Source: Cyanophora paradoxa CCMP329
Lineage: Eukaryota; Plantae; Glaucophyta
Assembly: GCA_004431415.1 (NCBI GenBank)
Contig: QPMI01000360.1
Span: 1-28,381 of the forward strand
DNA length: 28,381 bases
Direction of reading: 5' to 3'
The notes under the pieces were generated by a model. The model did no database searches. It saw only the letters and a list, made by a program, of their open reading frames with translations, and was not told where the DNA came from. The position numbers and the translations under genes are program-made. This document shows positions 1 to 19,434 of the stretch, one piece after another. Within the stretch, counting starts at the first letter, position 1. The number at the start of each line of letters is the position of its first letter.

Positions 1-45
1 GCGTATACGTATACGCCCGGGCCGGCGGCCCGGACGCCGACCATC

Positions 46-69
46 CAGCAGCAGCAGCAGCAGCAGCAG
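46..69 (+). repeat. (CAG)8 microsatellite upstream of the ENA ATG
   Basis: Eight consecutive cag units read directly. Confidence 0.95.
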
Positions 70-264
70 CACAGCGCCGATCATCCAAGCACGCGTCCGG
101 CGATCTCTCAAGCTCGAGCTCGAGCTAGCAGCGTGCGGCAGCGCCGGCGCTAGCAGTATACGTACGCGCTCGGCCGCTCTCCCTAGCATAGAAACGATCC
201 CCGCAGCAAGCTCTTCCCTGCTGCGGTTGCAATTGCAAGCCTTAAGCTTCAGTGATCCTTTCTC

Positions 265-3200
265 ATGACGCCGGCACCGGCACAGCCGGCCGCGCGCGCC
301 GCGGCGCCGGCCGGCGCCGGCGATGCGGGCCTTGCCCCGCACCAGAGGGCGGGGATCGATGTGGCCCGCGAAGCGGACGTCGTCCCTGCCGTCGGCCTCA
401 GCGAGGAGGCGGCCGCGAGCCTCCTCGCCAAGCACGTGCGCCCGCGCTCGTCCCCGCTCTAGATCTCGAGCTCCGCGGCGTGATCTGACACCGGGCGCCG
501 GCGCGCGCGCAGGGCCCGAACTCCAGGAGGCTTCTTCTTCTAGAATATAAATGCCCCTAAGACTTATTTTAAATAAGTTTAGTCCCAATCTGAGCGGACG
601 CCCGGGGCCCCAGACGGCGCCGATCATCCTGATCCTGTACACGGCGCTCATCATCTCCGCCACGACGCACGGGACCATCGACGCCATCGTCATCGGCCTC
701 GTGCGCACGCGCCCGTCCGCATTCGATCTGCGCCGCGGATTCGATCGCGAAGTTGGGATTTGATCTGGTCCCCGGGCCCGGGCCCGCGCAGGTCATCGCC
801 TTCAACGGTGCCTCAAGATCCCGCCTCCGCTTTCTGATTGAGGCCTCTTGCGCTCCCTCCACGCTGTGCCGTTCTGATCGAGCGGACCCGGCCCGGCCCG
901 GCCCGCAGTTGGGATCGGCTACGTGCAGGAGTTCCGGTCAGAGAAAACCCTCGCAGCCCTCAAGAAGGCCACCTCCCGTGCGCCGGCCGCGGCGCCCCGG
1001 ATGCTCCATGAAGCTCAAAGCTCCTTTTTAAACCTTTTCTCGAACAAGCTTTACATCAAGTAGCTATAGCTAATAGAGATCTAGAGCGATAGTGTCTTGG
1101 GCGCCGACGCCCGATAAAGCGATAAGTAACCTTTAAAAAGAAGAGAGAGCTAGAGCGCGTTATCTCTTTCCAGAGATAATACGCTCTAGCTTCATAAAAT
1201 CTTCATGAAACTGACGCTGGCGGGGCGGGGGCATGCGCAGCGTCGGCCCGCGTCCTTCGGGGCGGCCGCGAGAAGGTTCGCGGGCCGCCTCTAGGCCTGG
1301 CCTTCCGCCCCCTCCCCCTAAGCCCGCCCCGCCCCGCCCCGCCCCGCCCCGCCCCGCGCCCCCGCCGACCCCGACGACGGGCCAACCCCCACCCCGCCCC
1401 AGGACGTGAGCACGGACCACGTCGTACCCGGCGACGTCGTGCTCCTCGAGGAGGGCAACCAGGCGCGCCCCCGGCCCCCGGCCCGCTCAGATCGGATCCG
1501 ATCCGATCTGATCCGATCTCATCTGATTTGGCCAGGTGCCCTGCGACGTGCGGCTGCTCTCGGTGGCCGGCCTCGAGTGCGACGAGGCGCTCCTCACAGG
1601 GGAGAGCGCCCCCGTCCGGTCCGCCCCGGCCCGGCCCCGCCCCGCGCCGCACGGCTTAGCTTAGCCGTACAAAGCTTAAGCCTCGACGCATAGAGCCGTG
1701 CGCGCAGCGGCGGCGCGCGGCGGCCTCCCGGCCTGGCGCCGGCCCCGCCGCCGGTCCGGATCTGACTAAGAACGTTTTCAAACGGGGCCGGGGCGCAGGA
1801 AGACGACCGAGGCGATCGCGTCGGCCGACATCCCCCTCGGCGACCGCAAGAACATGGTTCGGGCCCCGCCGAACCTGCCCGCAGCGCGCCCGCCCCGGCC
1901 CTCGGAACTGACGCGTACGCCTCCACCCTCCCGCCCTCGGTCGGACCAGGCCTACAAGAACAGCATCGTGACGCGCGGTCGCGGCACCGGCATCGCCGTC
2001 GGCACCGGCATGCAGGCGAGCGCGGGCGCGGGCTGTGGCCTTCTCGCGATCGCCGGCCCTAGCTATAGGCCTGCGCCCGCCCGCCCGCGCTGACCCCGGC
2101 CCGCGCCCGCGCTCCGCCCAGACCGAGCTGGGGCGCATCGCCGAGAAGCTCACCCCCAAGAAGGTCACCACGCCCCTCCAGGCAAGCCAGCCCCCCGCCC
2201 CCCCTGCCACGAACACGTGCACCCCGGCCGCACCCGATCTCGTCTCACGATCGCGCCGCAGCGCCGGATGAACTACCTGGGGTACGCCCTCTTTGCGTTC
2301 GCGATCCTCTGCGGCATCGTCGTCTTCGCCGTCAACAAGGCGCGCGCGTACCCCCCACCCCACCCCACCCCCCCCCCTCTCCTTCTCGGCTTAACTTGTC
2401 TGACCGTCACTCCCCCCCTCCCTCCCTCCCTCCCGCTCCGCAGTTCCAGGGGAACCTCCAGAAGGTCGCCCTCTACGCCATCTCCGTCGGTATCGCCGTG
2501 CGCCTCTACGCTCTTCCGCGCCGCTCATATAATTAAAGTGGATCCGGAAGCCAAAGTCGTGCCGCAAACTAGCCTATAGCTAGTAGATGCGCTCTGCAAC
2601 CCGCGGCTCTCGCGATCGGCGTCTTGGGTCCCCGCGTGCCCCGCAGCTGCCGCCCCGGCCCCGCTGCGAGTAATCTGTACCCCCCCCCCCGCAGATCATC
2701 CCGGAGGGCCTGGTCGCCGTGATGACCGTCACGATGGCGATCGGCGTGCGGCGTGCGCCCGGCCCTCTTCCCACCCCTCTCTATTGCCAAACACTGCGTC
2801 CTCGCTGATTCGGGGCGCCCTCGCCCTCGCCCCCGCCCTCGCCCCCCCGCAGGGATGGCGCAGAAGAAGGCGATCGTGCGGAAGCTCAACTCGCTCGAGG
2901 CCCTCGGCGCCGTCACCGACATCTGCTCCGTCCGCCCCGCCCGCCCCCCCCCCCCCCCCCCCCCCCGCCCCGCCCGCCCCGCCCCGCCCCTACTTTGATC
3001 TCTGACTCCTGTACCGGCAGGACAAGACCGGGACGCTGGTCAGCGGCGGCGACCCTCCCCCCCCCTTCCCCTCCGACGCGTACGGGGGCGGGGCGGGCGC
3101 AGACGCAAGGGAAGATGGTGGCGGTGGCCGTGCAGCTCCCGGACCCCCAGCCCCGCGAGTTCGAGGTGCGCCCGCGGCCCTCCTGAGGTCTCGATCTAGA

Positions 3201-6200
3201 CAGAAGACCTAGATGAAATCGATCGGGTCGGACGTGGTCCGCAAGACAGAAGCCTGCATGCCTCCCTGCCGTTGCGGGAGCCGACGTGCCCCCCCCCCCC
3301 CCCCCCCCCCTCCCCGCGCAGGTCGAGGCCGCCGGCGTCGTTCCCGAGGGAGTCTTCTCCGAGGTGCGGCCCCTCCTGGCCCCTGGGGCTGCTCGCGCCT
3401 AGATCCGTCCCCTCCTCTTGACCTGCTCCTGATCGCGACTTGCGTTTCAAACATTATCTCTCTCTCTCCCCCCCCCCCCCCCCCCCCTCCCTCCCCTCCC
3501 TTTCTCCTCCCTTGGGGCTCCTCCGACGAGCTGGGAGCGCGCAGGGCGGTGTGGCGGAGCACAACTACGCGTCGGGCGTCAAGAGCGCGGACCCCGCGCT
3601 GGGCCGCCTACTCGCCTGCGCCGCCCTCTGCAACAACGCAACCGTTCACAAAGTCCGCAAAGAAAGATCAAGATTATAATAAGCTACAGTTGAATCTATA
3701 CATCAACGAGAGCTAGCTAGCTAGCTAGCTATGACTAATTATAAGCATTTCAAGAAGCTGACGATCTGACGGGTCGGCGCCGGTGCAGGCGGCGGCGGTC
3801 GCTGGGGCCAAGCCCAGCGAGGCGGCGCATGGCTGGGCGACCACCGGCGACCCCACTGAGGTCGCTCTCCAGGTGCGACGCCGGCGCGGCGCGCGGCGCT
3901 CGTCTCCAGGCCGGACGCCGACGCCGGCGCGCGGCGCTCGTGTCGTGATATCGATCTAGTTCTGATCTGAACTTTCCGGCAGGTCCTCGCGATGAAGGGC
4001 GGCGTGAAGAAGGCGCGCGCGCGCCCGGCCAGCCCCCGCAAGGGGGCCCGGCCCAGGCCCGGTGGCCCCCGCTGCCTGCCTGGAATCGCTAACCCGAACC
4101 CGACACGCGCGCAGGAGGCGCTCCTTCGCGACCACTACGGGCCGCAGCTCTGCCAGGTCCGCGTCCGGGCCTTCTCGATCTCGGATATAGATCTAGAGAT
4201 CGACAGCTAGCTAGATCTGCCATGATCGACCACATCGATATATGTCACGGCCCCTAGGCCTGACTTCGGCCTCGGATTCGATTCGATTCGGCACCTCGCG
4301 CAGTACGACTTCGACGCGACGCTGAAGCGCATGACGACCGTCTTCCGCTCCAAGTCGGCCCCCGGCGGCCCCGTGCGCTCGCCCCGGCCCCCCCCCCCCC
4401 CCCACCCCGCCCCCCCCCCCCCCCCCCCCCCGCTCGAGCTCGAGCCCACCCATCGGGCCGCGATCGCAAGCCGGCGCTGATTCGGGTTCGATCGCGACCC
4501 GCCGGCGCCCGGCAGCTGCACGCCTTCGCGAAAGGGGCGGCGGAGGTGATCCTGGGAGCCTGCTCGCACCGCTTCCCCGGCGACGCCGCCGACGTGCGCT
4601 CGCCCGCCCCGGCCCTCTGCTTCAGCTCCAACAACTTGCGGCGCCGGCGCAGATGCCGCCGGTGCCGGTCGACGAGGCCTTCGTCTCCCGCACCCTCGCC
4701 CGCGTCGAGAAGGTCCGTCGGCCCGCCCGCGCCGAGGCCAGCAGCAGCCGACCTCACTCGCCCACCTGCAGCTGGCGTCGCGGGGCCTCCGCGTGCTGGC
4801 GCTCGCGCGGCGCGAGATCCCCGCCACGGAGCCCGTCGCCCGCGCCATCGCCTCCTGGGCCCGCAAGGTCAGATCGGATCTGACCTGATCGAATCGGATC
4901 GGATCGGATCCGGTCTGATCTGATCTGATCGCGGCAGAACACCCACGGCCACGCCGGCGCCGCGGGGGCCGACGTCCCGCCCGTAGCGGTGAGCTCGAGC
5001 CCCCGGCCCGGCGCCGCGCGCTCGCCCTCCTCTAAAGAGACCTGAGTGAGAGCTGCGGCTGCAGCTGCGGTCGCGAAGCTCACCGCGCGCGCGGGCCGGG
5101 GGCGCAGATGGCGGCGGGGGCGGAGCTGGAGGGGGAGGGCGCCGAGCTGCCCGACCGCGCCCTCGTCGAGGGGGACCTCACCTTCATCGGCCTCGTGCGC
5201 TTCTAAACCTCTAGTTATGTTAACTAGACTCGTGCCTTCATCTAAGTTCCAAACTGAGCTAAACGCCTAATCTTCTTCTAAACCTTCATCGGCCTCGTGC
5301 CCTTCGCGCCGTTCGAGCTTCTAAGCCTGGAAACTCAGGTGGGGATCTACGACCCGCCGCGGCCCGAGACGGCGAGCTCGGTGGCGGTCTGTCAGCGCGC
5401 CGGCATCACCGTCCACAGTGCGCCGCCCCGGCCTGGCCCGCCGTCATGCACTGCTGGGCGCCTGTTGACTAATTTCGCCGCAGTGGTCACGGGAGACCAC
5501 GCCCTTACCGTGCGCCCCCCCCCCCCCCCCCCCCCCCCCCATGCATATATATTTATGGCCACCGCTCCGGATCCGGCGGACCCGCCCGCGGCCGGCCCAC
5601 GCCCGCCGCGCGATATACAAATTAAACCCAGTCTCATAATTGATTGCAATTAATTGCAACACCATTCCTCTTCTACACCATTCCGCTTCGATTCCACGAC
5701 ATATTTGTCTCCGATCCAGTTTGCGATCGGACCGCAACGAGACCGCCAATTTCGCGCCCTTTCGCGCAGGCGGCGGCGATCGCGGCGCAGGTCGGGATCA
5801 TCGGAGAGGACCCCGCCGAGTGCCGTAGGAAGGTCGGCAATTGTAATTGCAAGGAACTGGGCGCAATTGCAACCCGCTTATTCGCGCCGCCGCGCAGGGC
5901 CTCGTCATGACCGCCTCCGAGTTCGACAAGCTCACCACGGAGCAGGTGCGAGCTCGCCCCCGCGCCCGCGCCCACGCCCACGCTGGAGCTGGCTAGAGCC
6001 CGAGGCGCCGGGCCGGCCTCTTTAATTACATGAGCTGATCATGAGCTGAACTGACGTGCGGGGGCGCCTCGGCACGGCAGGAGGACGCGCTGCCCGAGCT
6101 GCCCCTCGTCGTCGCCCGCTGCAGCCCGGACTCCAAGGCGAGCCCCAGCCGGCGCCGGCCTCCCCCGGGGCCCGCGCGCTGACTTCGCACGCTCAGGTTA

Positions 6201-9200
6201 AGTTGGTGGACGCCCTTAAGCGCCGCGGTCGCTACGGTGCGCATGCGCCACGTGCACTTTCGAATTCCACCGGAGTTTCGCTGGCGCTGACGCGGGTCGG
6301 GCGGCAGTGGCGATGACGGGCGACGGCGTGAACGACGCGCCGAGCATCATGAAGGCGAGCGAGCTTCAGCGCGCCCGCTCGGGCTCGCCCAGCCGCTCGG
6401 AGCTCTGACCATGAGCCGGTCTGATCGAACTGTGGTCGGGCGGACGCAGGCGGACGTGGGAGTGGCGATGGGCCTCGGCGGCTCCGACGTCACAAAGGAG
6501 GCGAGCCGCGCGATATTAATAGCATAGCATAGGCTTCACAGCATAGGATGCCGTGCAACCTCGCGGCCGGCCCTGCGATACCATAGCATATAGGCTTCTA
6601 ACCGCGACGCGCGCGCAGGCGGCGGACATTGTGCTGACGGACGACAACTTCGCATCCATCGTCGCCGCCGTCGAGGCGCGCCCGGTCCCCGGCACGGATC
6701 GAGACACGAGCGCGAATTAAATGACGGGCGGCGGGGGCGCAGGACGGGCGGCGCATCTTCGCGAACCTCGCCAAGTTCATCGTGCACCTGCTCGCCGGTG
6801 ACGTCGCCGAGACCGTCGCCCTCGTCATCGGTCCGCCCCGCCCTCGAGCTCGTAATTTACAAGGGAAAAGAGTGTGGGTTCGAGCAAATTTAGAGCCAAG
6901 GCGTTGCGTGCGGCCCCTCTGAGACGGATCCGGGTCCGGCAGGGCTCTGCTTCGGAAAGCTTCACGACGCGGCCGGGGAGGAGCACCTCATCTACCCCAT
7001 GACCGCCATCCAGATCCTATGGCTCAACATGGTACCCCCCCTCCCCCCACCCCCCCCCCCCCCCAGAAGCGACGCGACGGCCGGGCCGCGCGCGCAGGTG
7101 ACGGGGACGCCGGCGGACATCGCGCTGGGGATGGAGGAAGCCTCGCCCGACCTCATGCTCCTGTGCGTCCGGGCTCGATCGCGACCGCGGCGCTGGGGCG
7201 CCCGTTTAATTTGTTCATACATATGCATATGGAACCGCGCGGCGCCGGCGCGCCAAAGCATCTGGAGGACCGGGGGCTTATAAAAATTATGTATCCGACA
7301 GACGGGCCCGGCCCCATGGCCAGCATAAGCTCAAGCTTAAACAGCTTGAATCGCGGGCGCTCACCCGCGGCGCGGGGATCCGGACAGGCCGCCAAAGAGC
7401 TCGATCGAGGGCCTCTTCACGAAGGAGCTCGTCGTCGACTGCCTCGCCTACGGCGTCGTGCGCCCGCCCCTCTTGATCTTGAGCTCATGATCATAACACG
7501 ATTATCCGCTTGCGGAGCGGGCGGCGCGGCCTGACGGGCCCCGCTTAAGCTTATAGTACGGCGTCATTATATATATCCGCTTACAGCGTCGTGCGCCGCG
7601 CTTAACCTTGTAGTACAGTTATATATCCGATTGCGGGCCGGGGCGTCCATGGCTTGACGGGCCGGGCCGCGCCGGGCAGGTGATGGGCGTGCTGACCCTG
7701 ATCGACTTCATCGTCGTCATCTACGGCTACTACGGCGGCGACTTCGGCATCTACTGGTGGGCCCGCGCGCGGGTCGACCCGACCGGACCCGATCCGATCC
7801 GATCCGATCTGATCTGATCTGATTCGCCGGCGCGCGCTAGCGACCGGTACGACGCGGGGCCGCTCTGCGAGAACGTCTTCCGGGCCCGCGGATGCGCCTT
7901 CGCCGGCCTCGTCTTCATGCTCCTGTGCGCCCTTACATAAGCTTCAGGCTAATCACAGCTAGATTAATAAGCCCCAATCGAGTTTTCTAGGAGCTTTTTA
8001 CAGCTAAATTGATATATAAACCCCAATCAAGTTTTCTAGGAGCTAATTACAGCCAAAGCTCGAGAAGACAAACAGTTGCAGTTGCAACCCCAATCAAGCT
8101 TTCCAGCTGCAGGAGCTCTAGATCTAGATCTGATGCGTCTATAGCTAGACTAGATCTTTGACGCTCACGCCCTCTCTCCGGATCCGGCGGCCCCCCCGCA
8201 GGAGCGTGGCGTTCTGCGTGCGGCACCCGCGCTTCGATTAATAATGCAACTGTAGCTTTATGAGGCCATTATTCTTGCAAGTTATTTATTTATCTAGAAG
8301 GCCAAAGCTCGAGATCTAGCTATAGAAGACAAAGAGTTGCAACCCCAATCAAGCTTTCTAGGGGCTTTCGCTGTAGATGTAGATCTGATGGCCTGCCCGT
8401 CTTCGACGCTCACGCTCACGGTCCCCCCGGCGGCCCCCCCCGCAGGAGCGTGGCGTTCTGCGTGCGGCACCCGCGCTTCTCCATCCTCCAGCAGGACTGG
8501 CGCCCCGCCAAGTGCGCCCCCCCCCCCGCCCCCCGCCCCGGCCTCCGGAAACATGCACATCACCTCCAAGCTATCTATAGCTCAACCCGCCTGATCTGTA
8601 TTGCAGGGCGCTCTTCGTCGGGGTCTCGGTGCCGCTGGCGATCACCGTCGCCACCTTCTACATCCCCGTCGTCAACGACCTCGTCCGCCCGCCCCGCCCC
8701 CGCCCCCGCCGTCTACAGCTAGATCTTGCGCACATACATCGACGACGTCGACTCGCGGGGGGCCGGCCACGGCCGCGGGTTGGTTCTGAGCATGATCGCG
8801 ACGGCGCAGGCGTTCGGGCAGGCGCCGCTCTCGTGGGAGTGGGGCGTCGTCGCCGTCTCCGTCGTCCTCCTCCTCGCCTTCTCCGAGGCCTACAAGGTCC
8901 GCGTCCGCTCCCGTTCACATAGGGCCGATCCGATCCGGTTCGGAGTCGCGATCGCTGATCGGATGAGCCCGTCCGGTCCTGCAGCTGGTGAAGCGGCGGG
9001 TGCTGGGGACGCCGCCGCGCCCCTCCGAGATCCTCGCCCAGCTCGCCCTCAAGGTCTGCCCTTGACTTGGCATTATTGCCGGCCTCGAACCCTCGAATCA
9101 ATTCGAGGCCCCCCGAGGCGTGCCCGATCGACTTAAGCTTGAACTTGACGTTCGGGCGGCCGTATCCGCAGGAGAAGTCGTCGCGCATCGCGCAGGGCCT

Positions 9201-9513
9201 CGAGCTCGCAATCGAGGACGCGCCGGCGAAGCGCGCGCCGGCGGGCCTTGCGCCCAGCGCCGGCGGCATCGACGAGGCGAGCCGCGATCGCGAGTCTCGA
9301 GGGCTCTCTGCCAGATCTAGAGTCCCGCGCCGCGCACGGCCACTCTGACGACTCGCGCGCCACGCGCATGCGCAGTCTGCCTTCAACAAGTGGGAGCTCC
9401 ACCGCGGGCGCGTCGACAACTCCCGTAGCCAGCAGCCGCAGCCGGCCGCCCCGCTCCCGGATCTCCTGCCAATCGTCCCCGCCGACGGCGCGCGCGGCAC
9501 CGTCGGCAGCTGA
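265..9513 (+). CDS. ENA: P-type ATPase, subfamily P2D (ENA-type Na+/K+ efflux ATPase); about 49 exons / 48 introns
   Basis: Manually spliced exons give VPGDVV, DEALLTGES, LGDRKNM, IIPEGL, ICS|DKTGTL|TQGKM (3021-3117), [92 protein letters not shown]-typical membrane motifs follow: CENVFRAR (7841-7924), YIPVVN, WEWG. ATG at 265, TGA at 9511-9513. The exon 2 region (513-613) does not splice in frame (see findings). Confidence 0.9.
1148..1191. repeat. Intronic inverted repeat, 20-bp arms, 4-nt loop
   Basis: agctagagcgcgttatctct - ttcc - agagataatacgctctagct; 18 of 20 positions Watson-Crick plus one G-U. Confidence 0.85.
3021..3038 (+). other. 18-nt microexon encoding DKTGTL (phosphorylation site of the ENA ATPase)
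   Basis: ggcag|gacaagaccgggacgctg|gtcagc, flanked in frame by exons ending ICS and starting TQGKM. Confidence 0.9.
8052..8479 (+). repeat. Imperfect tandem duplication of the intron 3' end plus 34 nt of the following exon (8052-8235 and 8301-8479)
   Basis: ccggcggcccccccgcaggagcgtggcgttctgcgtgcggcacccgcgcttc (C-run length differs by a base or so) and gccaaagctcgaga each occur twice. Confidence 0.9.
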
Positions 9514-10349
9514 CTAGTCGCCCGCCGGTCCCCGAGCCGGCCTCCCGTCCTTGGGAGATCACTAATTATTATAGCTATAGCTATAGCTAGAGGCTTTACC
9601 GGTATACGTAGTCATTTCGAGATGGACTCCGGGATAGCGCACACTCTCCGCCTGCCGCGCTGGCGCCTGCTGATCCGCGGAGGAGGCGAGGCTGTCCATG
9701 TAGGGTTCCTGTACGGGCGCAAGAGAACCAAGTGTAAACCCTGTATAAGCATGTACAAGTGTGCCTCACCGTACCATGCCAGTTAACGTTGTAAAACAGT
9801 TAGTCGCGATCGGGAGCCGGGCATGGGCCCCCTGGCCCCAGTTAAAAACGTTCATGATGACTAGTAGTATGCTTAGGCTAATCAAAGGCATCTGCGCATG
9901 CAAGTTCATACAAACGATTTCATTCCGCGTGCAAGCTTAAGTGCACGCGTGTACATGTACATCGTGGTTGCCTGCACTACAAGTACATGATCAGGATCAT
10001 ACATCTACACGTAGACAGACGCATTCAAACATGAGCCTCTGAGGACGATTCTAATAAAGATCTAGATCTAGATCTGTGTAATGAAAGACAGCCTCGAATC
10101 CGGAGGGTTCGAAAGAGCCATGGGAGCTCTAACTGTTTTTTGAGCGCTGTCAGGATCCGGAACTATACCATTAAATATTACTAAAAACTGGCTTGAAAGA
10201 TGGACTCGGGTTGTTACGGGTGCTATTACTCTTCTTGAGCTTGGGTGCAATCGACGAGTGGTGTGTCGATTTATGTACAAATTAAAGCACCACACCGAAC
10301 GCGATTCCGCAACGCGTTCGAATTCGATTTCGAAGGCATCCCACCCCCC

Positions 10350-19227
<8,878 letters not shown>

Positions 19228-19407
19228 GAAGGCTCGCTTCCGTATACACTAGCACGGGCACCAGTACAAGAACGCTTGCAATTGCGCGAGCGGGCGACCC
19301 GCCGTCGATTCGCCGCCGGCGCCGGCGCGCTCCTGCCGCGCCTAGCTGTAGCTAGCCTTGCTGCTCGGCGAATGCTGCGCTGTACACGTACGCCACCCGC
19401 GCGTGCG

Positions 19408-19434
19408 CTGCTGCTGCTGCTGCTGCTGCTGCTG
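19408..19434 (-). repeat. (CAG)9 microsatellite on the sense strand upstream of the P2C ATG
   Basis: Nine consecutive ctg units on the + strand. Confidence 0.95.

Noticed and set aside
265-9513. SERCA/PMR1 Ca2+-ATPase assignment for gene 1
   Set aside because: TQGKM, GIYDPPR, VHMVTGDH, LPLVVARCSP, VFRAR and WEWG, plus the absence of the TM6 D800 equivalent, fit ENA/P2D.
9514-10349. Small gene or ncRNA between the convergent ATPases
   Set aside because: No credible ORF, splice pattern or recognisable RNA fold. TGTA-rich words are compatible with 3' UTR/polyadenylation signals but too weak to call.
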